Position numbers and translations under genes: made by a program
The notes under the pieces: generated by a model
The model's input: the letters and a program-made list of their open reading frames with translations, nothing else
What the model was told of the DNA's origin: nothing
Databases searched by the model: none
Assembly: GCA_035513775.1 (NCBI GenBank)
Contig: DATKBR010000004.1
Location: forward strand, 469 to 64,468
Direction: 5' to 3'
Source of the DNA: Candidatus Limnocylindria bacterium
Lineage (GTDB): Bacteria; Chloroflexota; Limnocylindria; Limnocylindrales; CSP1-4
DNA length: 64,000 nt
In this document: in pieces, positions 36,756-44,762 of the stretch
Numbering within the stretch: position 1 is the stretch's first letter
Layout of the letters: the number at the start of each line of letters is the position of its first letter

Positions 36756-37085
36756 GTGACAGACGACGAGCCCCGCCGGCGCCGGCCGATGTCGCGGATC
36801 GGCGACCTGATGCCGACGGCCGCGGCCCGACTGGGCCTCGAGGACGAGCTGCGCCGCGCCAGGTTCCTCGCGACCTTCGATGCCATCGTCGCCGAACTCG
36901 CCCCCGCTGCACATGGCGCCTGTCGTGCAGTGCGCGTCGAGGGCGAGACGCTGCTCCTCGAGGCGGACGCGCCGATCGTGGGCCAGGAGCTGGTCATGCA
37001 CGGCGACGAGATCGCCGCCGCGTTCCGCCGGGCGCCTGGCGGCGCCCCGGTGCGTCAGGTGCGCGTCACGGTCCGGAGGCGCTGA
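36756..37085 (+). CDS. dciA: DUF721/DciA-like protein (candidate replicative-helicase operator)
   Basis: 109-aa in the conserved post-recF position. DUF721-like pattern: ...FDAIVAELAPAAHGACRAVRVEGETLLLEADAPIVGQELVMHGDEI. Confidence 0.7.
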   Translation: MTDDEPRRRRPMSRIGDLMPTAAARLGLEDELRRARFLATFDAIVAELAPAAHGACRAVRVEGETLLLEADAPIVGQELVMHGDEIAAAFRRAPGGAPVRQVRVTVRRR

Positions 37086-37114
37086 CCGTCCTCCCCGAAG
37101 CTCGGACCACCCCG

Positions 37115-37123
37115 TGCGATAAT
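37115..37123 (+). promoter_or_regulatory. Extended -10 TGCGATAAT
   Basis: TGn+GATAAT lies 36 nt before the GTG 37159 start, which has a GAGGA SD 5 nt upstream. Confidence 0.45.
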
Positions 37124-37158
37124 CCCCGCCCGCCCCAGCAGCCTGGCAGAGGACCCCA

Positions 37159-39402
37159 GTGGCCCATCGAATCCAGATGAAGCTCGGTGTCGTTCCGGAT
37201 GCCGAACGCGCACCAGATTCGCCCGACACCGCGCTCCACATCGAGCCGCGCGTCGGTGCGCAGACTCGCACCAAGGGCCACCTGTACCTGCTGGTGACCT
37301 CGCGGGTGCCCGGATCCCGCGCCCGAGAGGCTACGCGCCTCGTCGCCGATTCGATCCGAAGCGAGTACTACTACGACGAATCGGCGGGAATTCGCGTTTG
37401 CCTGGTCAAGGCCATCCAGGTCGCGAACAAGCGGCTCAGCCACGCTCGGGAGCGCGGGGCGCTCGGTGGCAGCGCGGGTCCGATCGGCGTCGGGCTGGCC
37501 GTGGTCCGCGACAACGAGCTGTACGTGTGCACGGTCGGCCCTGCGGAGGCCTACCTCAATCGCGGCGCGCGCCTGTCGACGCTGCCGGATCCGCACCGGG
37601 ACCGCGGGCTGCCCTCGTCGGAGATCGAGCCGGACGTCTGGCGTGGCGAGATCAACGTCGGCGACCAGCTGCTCCTCGTAACGCCGTCGATCGTGGCGAC
37701 GCTCGGCGCCGACGCGCTCAAGGACGCGCTCGTGACCCTCCACCCGCAGTCGGCCGCCGAGGCCCTCACCGCGCGCTTCCGGGCCGAGGGTGGGACCGGC
37801 AGCGACGGGGCCCTGATAGTCGAGGCAGCCGAGATCGCGGTCACCCGCGGCGGTGTGGTGCCGGTTCCTGTGCGGCCCGCAGAGCCGCTGGCCGGCATGC
37901 CCGACCGCTCCCCGATCCCGCTGGCGGACTCTGTGGTCGGCGGGATCGCCGCAGCGCAGTCCAGCGCACGGTGGGCGCGCGGCGCCGCTGGCGGGGCGTT
38001 GTACCGGGTCCTGACGCGAATCCAGGACGCACTGCCCAGCCGCGGCGTGCCGAACCGCCGCGTCACGCCCCTGAGTGCCCGTCGCGAGATGCAACGCCGA
38101 GCGGCAATGGCGCTCCTGTCGCTGGTCGTGGTCGTCGGCGGCCTGGGGGCCGCCGTATTCGTCCTCGGCGGCCGCGAGCCGAATGGCTCCGCGATCGCGA
38201 CCCTGGACAGCGCCGAGGCCGCCATCTCGCGGGCGCGTACGAACCTGAACCGGGTGATCGGGCCGGGCATCGACCTCGTGGTCAGCGATCCGGACCTCGC
38301 GGAGGACCTCCTCACCGAGGCCTACGAGGCGATCGACGTGGCCGACCGGGCAAACGTGCCGGAGACCACGCTCGCGCCGCTTCGCACCAGGATCGTCGCC
38401 GCGCTGGATCGCCTGTACGAGATGGTCGACGTGGCCTCGAGCAACCTGTTCGCGTTCCCCGACGATCCGGAGGTGGATCTCCGGGCGGTCGTGAAGGGAC
38501 CGGACGGCGCCCCCTTCGTCCTCGATGCCGCGACGGCCACCGTGTACCGAATCAACGTCAAGGACAAGAAGGCGACGGCGATCTTCCGCGAGGGCAACAA
38601 GGCCGCCGGCGCGACCCAGGCCGCCCCGCGACTCCTGGGCGTGGGCGGCCGCGACCTGCTGATGGTCGACGCGAAGAACGTCATCTGGCGCTGGCGCCCG
38701 GCGAACTCGAGCGGGAAGGGGACGATCACGCGGGTTCGCGTCAGTGGTGCGACCGAGTGGGGCGACGACGTCATCGCGATAGGCACGTTCATTCGCGATT
38801 CGGAGGCGAACCTCTACAACTTGTACGTCATCGACCCGTCGGCGCAACAGGTCCTCCGCTACTCCCCGGCCGCGGACGGCAGCGGATTCCCGGCCCAGCC
38901 GAACCAGTGGCTGTCGTCGCCACGGGACGTTAGCGGGATCACGGCGATGTACATCGACGGCGACATCTGGCTGGCCGACAGTGGCGAGATGCTGCGCGTC
39001 GTCAACGGCAACAGCGCCGGCTGGTCGGCGTCGGCGCCGGGGGACGCAATCCTGCGCGACGAGCCCGCCTACGAGCTCGTCGCCTCGGGGGCGGAGCGCC
39101 GGACGGGCACGATCTACGGCTTCGATGCCGACAACGAGCGCGTCGTGGCGCTGTCGAAGGCGAACGGCTCGTTCATCGCCCAGTACCGCCTCGCGGCGGG
39201 CGCGAAAGGGTGGACGGACCTGCGCGGCTGGTACGTCGAAGCCGGCCTCGAAGGGGAGCCGGACGAGCTGATCTGGATCAGCGCCACCGGCCTCCACCGC
39301 GTCCTGCTCCAGGCGACGAACCCGAACCCCGGCGCCTCGCCTACGCCCGAGGCAGCCAGCGCCGAACCAGGAGGGTCCGGGACGCCCGACGTGGATCAGT
39401 GA
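37159..39402 (+). CDS. Membrane protein: N-terminal PP2C-fold domain lacking the metal-binding Asp residues, one TM, helical linker, ~6-bladed beta-propeller-like ectodomain
   Basis: By eye it aligns to the PstP-type PP2C core, with substitutions DGMGG->TSRVPG, GDSR->GPAE, SDG->TPS. TM AAMALLSLVVVVGGLGAAVFVLGG. Repeated blades: PFVLDAATATVYRIN, LLMVDAKNVIWRWR, LYVIDPSAQQVLRYS, DIWLADSGEMLRVV, IYGFDADNERVVAL, LIWISATGLHRVLL. Confidence 0.6.
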   Translation: MAHRIQMKLGVVPDAERAPDSPDTALHIEPRVGAQTRTKGHLYLLVTSRVPGSRAREATRLVADSIRSEYYYDESAGIRVCLVKAIQVANKRLSHARERGALGGSAGPIGVGLAVVRDNELYVCTVGPAEAYLNRGARLSTLPDPHRDRGLPSSEIEPDVWRGEINVGDQLLLVTPSIVATLGADALKDALVTLHPQSAAEALTARFRAEGGTGSDGALIVEAAEIAVTRGGVVPVPVRPAEPLAGMPDRSPIPLADSVVGGIAAAQSSARWARGAAGGALYRVLTRIQDALPSRGVPNRRVTPLSARREMQRRAAMALLSLVVVVGGLGAAVFVLGGREPNGSAIATLDSAEAAISRARTNLNRVIGPGIDLVVSDPDLAEDLLTEAYEAIDVADRANVPETTLAPLRTRIVAALDRLYEMVDVASSNLFAFPDDPEVDLRAVVKGPDGAPFVLDAATATVYRINVKDKKATAIFREGNKAAGATQAAPRLLGVGGRDLLMVDAKNVIWRWRPANSSGKGTITRVRVSGATEWGDDVIAIGTFIRDSEANLYNLYVIDPSAQQVLRYSPAADGSGFPAQPNQWLSSPRDVSGITAMYIDGDIWLADSGEMLRVVNGNSAGWSASAPGDAILRDEPAYELVASGAERRTGTIYGFDADNERVVALSKANGSFIAQYRLAAGAKGWTDLRGWYVEAGLEGEPDELIWISATGLHRVLLQATNPNPGASPTPEAASAEPGGSGTPDVDQ

Positions 39403-40124
39403 TCCCGCTGCGCGATCGCAACCCGACGCGCCGCGCGCCGCTCGTCACCTTCGCCCTCATCGGCGCCTGCCTCGCGGCCTTCGCCGTCGAGCTCTCGGTC
39501 ACGGCCACCGGCGGCGACGCGGCGCTGGCGTCGTTCTTCCAGCGCTGGGGCGCCGTGCCCGCCGACATCACCGCCGCCCTCGAGAACGGCGACTACTTCG
39601 GCCAGGCGATGACCGGGATGGTCAGCAGCATGTTCCTCCACGGCGGCTGGCTGCATCTCCTCGGCAACCTGCTCTTTCTCTGGATCTTCGGCAACAACGT
39701 CGAGGACCGGCTCGGGCACGTGCCGTTCCTGCTGTTCTACCTCGTCGGCGGGATCGCGGCGGCGCTCACCCAGGTGGTGATCGCCCCACGGTCGGAGATC
39801 CCGCTCGTCGGCGCGTCGGGCGCCATCGCGGCCGCGCTGGGCGCGTACATCGTGCTGTTCCCCGGCGCGCGGATCCTGTCGCTGGTGTTCCTCGGCTTCT
39901 TCTACCAGCTCCTCGAGGTGCCGGCCCTGATCGTGCTGGGCTTCTGGTTCGCGCTCCAGCTCGTCAGCGGCTTCGCCGGGTTCGGTGCCGAGACGGCACA
40001 GGGTGGCGTGGCGTTCTTCGCCCACATCGGCGGGTTCGTGCTCGGCGTGGTGGTGGGCATCCTGTTGCGTATCGCGGGCGCCGGCACGGCGCGGCGGGGA
40101 CCGGGTCTCCGCACGATGGGATAA
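39399..40124 (+). CDS. Rhomboid-family intramembrane serine protease
   Basis: GTG 39399 overlaps the upstream TGA (GTGA). N-terminus VIPLRDRNP; HGGWLHLLGNLLFLWIFG; catalytic GASGAIAA and AHIGGF. Confidence 0.87.
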   Translation: MIPLRDRNPTRRAPLVTFALIGACLAAFAVELSVTATGGDAALASFFQRWGAVPADITAALENGDYFGQAMTGMVSSMFLHGGWLHLLGNLLFLWIFGNNVEDRLGHVPFLLFYLVGGIAAALTQVVIAPRSEIPLVGASGAIAAALGAYIVLFPGARILSLVFLGFFYQLLEVPALIVLGFWFALQLVSGFAGFGAETAQGGVAFFAHIGGFVLGVVVGILLRIAGAGTARRGPGLRTMG

Positions 40125-40125
40125 T
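40117..40125 (+). promoter_or_regulatory. Extended -10 TGGGATAAT 6 nt before the BFN ATG (leaderless geometry), embedded in the rhomboid 3' end
   Basis: Reads TGGGATAAT caccgc ATG. The rhomboid TAA stop lies inside the element. Confidence 0.4.
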
Positions 40126-40131
40126 CACCGC

Positions 40132-40755
40132 ATGGCACGCCTCATCGAGATGGTGATCGAGAGCGTTCGCGTCCACATGCTGTCGAACCGGCACGTGGTC
40201 ATCCTCAAGGACACCGAAGGCGATCGCTACCTGCCGATCTGGATCGGCGCCTGGGAGGCCAGCGCGATCGCCATGCGCCTGCAGGGCCTGACGGCGGAGC
40301 GGCCGCTCACCCACGACCTGTTCGCCGCAGCGCTGGAGCGGCTCGGCGTCCGCGTCGTCCGCGTCGTCATCTCGGAGCTCGCCGACGAGACCTATCACGC
40401 GACGCTGCACCTGGAGCGCGACGGTGTGGAGGTCGAGGTGGACTCGCGGCCGTCGGATGCGCTCGCCCTCGCGGTCCGCGCCGAGGTCCAGATCTTCGCG
40501 GACGAGGAGGTCCTCGCCCAGGCCGCGCTCGCCGCGGACCCCGACGAGGCCGCAGATGACGATGACCTGCCGCCCGATGATGAGCCCGGAGCCGAGGGGA
40601 CCGAGGGCGGCGAACGGCCGCGTCGTCGCCGGCCGCCGCTGGAATCCGTCGGCGACGCGCCCGCGGACCCCAGGCTGGACATGTTCCGCGACTTCGTGAA
40701 CTCGCTGGAGGTAGATCCCGGCAAGGGCGGCGAGTCGGGGGGCCGGCGGAGCTAG
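40132..40755 (+). CDS. Bifunctional nuclease (BFN/DUF151) family protein with an acidic disordered tail
   Basis: VRVHMLSNRHVVILKDTEGDRYLPIWIGAWEASAIAMRLQG...RPLTHDL...YHATLHL..VDSRPSDALALAVR is typical of DUF151. Confidence 0.75.
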   Translation: MARLIEMVIESVRVHMLSNRHVVILKDTEGDRYLPIWIGAWEASAIAMRLQGLTAERPLTHDLFAAALERLGVRVVRVVISELADETYHATLHLERDGVEVEVDSRPSDALALAVRAEVQIFADEEVLAQAALAADPDEAADDDDLPPDDEPGAEGTEGGERPRRRRPPLESVGDAPADPRLDMFRDFVNSLEVDPGKGGESGGRRS

Positions 40756-40835
40756 CCCGGCGGCACTCGCAGATGGTCGCGGGCGAACACGACCGAGGCA
40801 TGGGCGACGAAGAGACAAGACGCGGGCCCCGTGGG

Positions 40836-41693
40836 CTAGGAGTTCGAAGCGGCTCCTGGATGCGTCGGTCCTCCCAGGAGCGGTGTGCCGCGCCCGAGGG
40901 CTCGGCGTGGGGCCGCCCACAGTCGCAGCCGCAGGGCCCAGAAGTCGCGTACCGCCCGGAAGACGACCTGCGGCTTGGCGCCGGTGGGGCTGCCGGCAGT
41001 GCGCGGGTAGTGCGGGACGCCGACCTCGTCGATCCGGCGGCCTCGGGCCCGGAGCTTGATCAGCAGCTCCGCGGAGAAGAACGCGCCGCCGGACTCTACC
41101 GATACGCCCTCAAGGGACGACCGCTTGAACAGCTTGCAGGCGCAGTCGACGTCGCGGACCTTGAGCCCGAAGAAGATCCGGTTGGCGAGGCGGTACAGGC
41201 GGGCGTAGACGGTCCGGACCAGCGGATCGGCGCGCTTGATGCGGTAGCCCACCACCGCGTCGGCGCTGGCCGCCTGGAGGCTCTCGATCAGCCGGCCCAG
41301 GTCGGCGACCTTGAACTGGCGATCGCCGTCCGTGAACGCAAGGTGGTCGAAGCGCGCCGCGGCGAAGCCGCTGCGAAGGGCTGCGCCGTAGCCCAGGTTC
41401 ACCGGGTGGTGCACGGCGCGAACCTGCGGGTGGCCCGCGGCGAGCTCGTCGGCGAGCGCCGGCGTCGCATCCCTGGAGCCGTCGTTCACGATGAGGATTT
41501 CGAAGTCGTCGGCGAGCCCGGGCAGCGTCGCCAGCGCCTCCTCGACGAGGCCCTGCAGGTTGGCGGCCTCGTTGTGGGCGGGGAAGAAGTAGGACAGGGC
41601 CGGGAGCCGCGCGGTGCCGGACTGGAGGCCCTCGGCCACCGCCTCGCCCGCCGCGCCCGCCGCGCCCGCCGCGCCCGGCTCGGACGTGCTCAC
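40836..41693 (-). CDS. GT2 glycosyltransferase, polyprenol-phosphate mannose/glucose synthase-like
   Basis: FPAHNEAANL...ILIVNDGSRD...GYGAALRSGF...FTDGDRQF. GTG 41693 overlaps the upstream TGA (GTGA). The N-terminus carries a (GAA)n stretch from a 9-bp repeat at 41645-41677. Confidence 0.85.
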   Translation of the reverse strand: MSTSEPGAAGAAGAAGEAVAEGLQSGTARLPALSYFFPAHNEAANLQGLVEEALATLPGLADDFEILIVNDGSRDATPALADELAAGHPQVRAVHHPVNLGYGAALRSGFAAARFDHLAFTDGDRQFKVADLGRLIESLQAASADAVVGYRIKRADPLVRTVYARLYRLANRIFFGLKVRDVDCACKLFKRSSLEGVSVESGGAFFSAELLIKLRARGRRIDEVGVPHYPRTAGSPTGAKPQVVFRAVRDFWALRLRLWAAPRRALGRGTPLLGGPTHPGAASNS

Positions 41694-43279
41694 GGCGCGG
41701 CCGCCAGGATGCCGTGGACGGCCCACACGCCCGTACCGCCGCCACTCGCGACGAGGGTCATGTCGAACTGGCTGATGAGCTCGTTGAGGTCCCTGTCGTT
41801 GGCGCGGATCACGTAGACAGGCCTGAGCCCCAGGTTCGCCGCGATCACGTCCGGCGCCCGCCCGATGTTCCGGTCCAGCATGGTGCGGTCGTCGATGACG
41901 TCGATGTCCGGGCGGAGGCCCTGGACCTTCTGGGCGTACCACAAGGGCGTCGAGGTGCTCCACCAGCTGATCAGGACCGCGCCCTCGGGCACGGCCGGAA
42001 GCGCCTCGGCGAGCCAGCGCACGGCGCCCGTGTCGCCGGAGCGATCCGCCTGGTGGCGGCGGGCGTCAAGGTCCTGGATGGTCGGAAGCAGGAGCACGGC
42101 GCCGACAATACCTGCTGTGATCATCGACGCGCGTCGCACGATGGGGCTCTCGAAGGTCTTGAGCCCCCGCGCCCCCGCGCTCGCGACCAGCACGGCGGCT
42201 AGATCCGCCACTTCCGCGGCCAGGATCCCGATCCACGTCCAGACCCACAGGACCGGGCCGAGGTAGTAGCGGTTGATGTCGGCGTTCGCGTACGCCTGGT
42301 TGAACAGGACGGTGATGAGGACGGCGGAGGCGGTGAGCAGCGTGTACCTGGGCGCCCGCCGGGCCGCGATGAGGAACGCGGGCGGGATCGCGAGCGCTAC
42401 CAGGCCGAGCTGCTCACGGGCGAGCTTCACCAGGTCGTCGAACTTGGCGGGCAGGTTCTCGAAGGGGTTGCCCAACGCGCCGCGGAACTGCTCGGCCAGG
42501 GCGATGTACCAGAAGCCGTCCCACGTCGCGGGCTGGCCGTAGACGAGCGGGGCGGGAAGGAGCCCGGCCCTGATCGGCAGCTCCAGGTAGACGAGCGCGA
42601 CCGTACCGAAAGCCGCCGCGAGGCACGCCAGGACCAGCTTCCAGCGCCGCCAGATTCCCGGCTCCACCGAGAGGACGAAGAGCGCGATCGGGGGAATGAG
42701 CAACAGCGTCAGCGAGTGGTTGCCCGCGGCCAGCCCGAACAGGATCGCCGCGAGGATCAGCCCCCGGTCGACGAGGCGCTCGTCCCGCTCCTGGTGCTCG
42801 ACCTCGCCGTCGGGCAGGTCACGCCGGCCGTGCTCCCAGCGCACGAGGGCAAGGAACAGCAGCGCCACGAAGGCCAGGTGGATCGGATGCGGGTCGGCAC
42901 GGGTGGCGTTGACCCAGACGACCGGCGTCGTCGCGAGGCCCAGGCCGGTGACAATCCCGATGATGGTCGAGCCCGTGAGCCGTCGAACGAGCACGACCGT
43001 GGTGCCGGCCGCCGCCGCAACCGCCACGAGCGACAGCAGCGTGATTCGGAACGCGGGCTCGCCGAACGGCGTGAGCAGGATGTTGCCGACGAAGCCCAGG
43101 AGCACGTACGTCGGATAGCCGGTCGGATGGGCGGTGCCCATGAGCGGCAGGACGGTCTGGAACTCGCCCGTGTCCCAGAACCCGACGCCGGGCATCAGGC
43201 CGGACCGCGCGTTGACGATGACGAGGGCGGCCACGACGAGCGGAGCCGCGACGGCGGCGACGAACCGCGCGCTCACCAT
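41690..43279 (-). CDS. DUF2723 (TMEM260-like) GT-C-fold membrane glycosyltransferase
   Basis: Start MVSARFVAAV. The signature FWDTGEFQTVLPLMGTAHPTGYPTYVLLGF matches the DUF2723 N-terminal motif. Many TM segments plus a C-terminal soluble domain. Confidence 0.7.
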   Translation of the reverse strand: MVSARFVAAVAAPLVVAALVIVNARSGLMPGVGFWDTGEFQTVLPLMGTAHPTGYPTYVLLGFVGNILLTPFGEPAFRITLLSLVAVAAAAGTTVVLVRRLTGSTIIGIVTGLGLATTPVVWVNATRADPHPIHLAFVALLFLALVRWEHGRRDLPDGEVEHQERDERLVDRGLILAAILFGLAAGNHSLTLLLIPPIALFVLSVEPGIWRRWKLVLACLAAAFGTVALVYLELPIRAGLLPAPLVYGQPATWDGFWYIALAEQFRGALGNPFENLPAKFDDLVKLAREQLGLVALAIPPAFLIAARRAPRYTLLTASAVLITVLFNQAYANADINRYYLGPVLWVWTWIGILAAEVADLAAVLVASAGARGLKTFESPIVRRASMITAGIVGAVLLLPTIQDLDARRHQADRSGDTGAVRWLAEALPAVPEGAVLISWWSTSTPLWYAQKVQGLRPDIDVIDDRTMLDRNIGRAPDVIAANLGLRPVYVIRANDRDLNELISQFDMTLVASGGGTGVWAVHGILAAAP

Positions 43280-44682
43280 CCCAGGATGTTGCCCCAGATC
43301 ACGCCCCACAGGTTCATTGCGACGGCCGCGGCGATCAGCCAGAAGCCGAGGAGGCCCACGCCCCCGCGGCGGCTCATGCCTATCGCGACGAGTGGCAGCG
43401 CGAAGATCACGAAGTCGTTGCTGAAGCGATAGCCGAACTGGACCCAGCCCTGGCTGAAGTGCATGAGGTTGACGAGCGCGATCGCCACGACGGCGAGGAA
43501 TCCGCCCGCGACCAGGCGCGAGCGGCCGCGGCGCAATGCCGGGATCGCCAGCAGGAAGGCCGGGCTCGCGAGGAGGATGCTCGTCCCGACGTCGCGCGGG
43601 ATTGCGAGAGGGCAATCCTCGTTGAACAGGCCGCGCCGGGCGTCGGGCTCGGTGCACAGAGGCCGCCGGTCGCCGACGGAGTTCTGGCTCTCGTCGGGCA
43701 GGATCGCCGGCGCCGCCGCAAACATGATCCCGAGGTTCTGGGGTAGGTACCGGGCGTCCTCGATCGCCCAGTCCGGGTTGTAGCCGAGGCTCGGGTAGCC
43801 GCTGGCCTCCTTCTGGTACTGGTATTCGTACCCCGGGTGGAACAGGTGCCCGGTCGTCGTCAGGTTGTAGAGCACGAGCAACGTCACCGGGATGAGCGCC
43901 CCGATGCCGGCCGAGAAGGAGCGCCGCGCCCACGAGCCGCCGCCGCCGACGAGCATGAAGAACGGGGCGCCGAAGACCACCGTCAGCCGGGCCGTGCACG
44001 CGATTCCAAACAGCAGGCCGGCGAGGAACTGCCTTCGATCGATCAGGTCCAGCGGCCGCCGGAGCGCGTCGACGAGCGTCGTGGCGAGCCCGGCCGGCGA
44101 CGGCGCGTCCTCGACCTCGTCATCCGCCTCGGGGTCGGAGCCGAGCGCCACGCCGACGGCGAGGAGCACGAAGGTGATGGCCGCGACGTGGGCGAAGAAC
44201 CACGTTGTCCCGAGTTGGGCGGCGTACCAGAACACGGTCCCGAAGCCGAAGAAGATGGTCGTGGCGAAGCGGACGCGGCGCGAGATCGCGAGGCGACCGA
44301 GCGCCCACCACGCCAGGCCCACGTTGACCGCGCCAAGGACGACCGAGACGGCACGGATGTCCGTGGCCAGGCCCCAAACTGCGACGAAGGGCATGAGCAG
44401 GATCGCGGGCAGCGGCGGGAAGGGCAGGAGCGCGCCGGTGGTCGAGGGATCGCCCGTCAGCTCGCTCATCGGATACACGTCCTGCATCCAGTCGTTGCCG
44501 CGCGGGAAACCGAGCTCCACGGGCCAGTCGATGACGGCGGTCCCGTTGAGGAACGCAAGCGCCTGCCACACGAAATGGTTGTAGAAGCGGTCGCTGCCCG
44601 GGAGCCAGTACGCGGCGAGGGCGAGCGCGACCAGACCGGCGCCGACGAGGAGGGCAGGCAGCCGATCGACCCAGTCGAACAT
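43273..44682 (-). CDS. GT-C-fold membrane glycosyltransferase (ArnT/PMT-like)
   Basis: About 12 TM. YNHFVWQALAFLNG...LPFPPLPAILLMPFVAVWG. I prefer the ATG 44682 start (MFDWVDRL); TTG 44778 is possible. Confidence 0.6.
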   Translation of the reverse strand: MFDWVDRLPALLVGAGLVALALAAYWLPGSDRFYNHFVWQALAFLNGTAVIDWPVELGFPRGNDWMQDVYPMSELTGDPSTTGALLPFPPLPAILLMPFVAVWGLATDIRAVSVVLGAVNVGLAWWALGRLAISRRVRFATTIFFGFGTVFWYAAQLGTTWFFAHVAAITFVLLAVGVALGSDPEADDEVEDAPSPAGLATTLVDALRRPLDLIDRRQFLAGLLFGIACTARLTVVFGAPFFMLVGGGGSWARRSFSAGIGALIPVTLLVLYNLTTTGHLFHPGYEYQYQKEASGYPSLGYNPDWAIEDARYLPQNLGIMFAAAPAILPDESQNSVGDRRPLCTEPDARRGLFNEDCPLAIPRDVGTSILLASPAFLLAIPALRRGRSRLVAGGFLAVVAIALVNLMHFSQGWVQFGYRFSNDFVIFALPLVAIGMSRRGGVGLLGFWLIAAAVAMNLWGVIWGNILGW

Positions 44683-44762
44683 CCCCTCGAGGCGACGGGA
44701 ACCCGCGGCGCCCTCTGCTACGCTCCCAAGCACCTCATCGCTCGCTGGAGACCGATCCCGCC

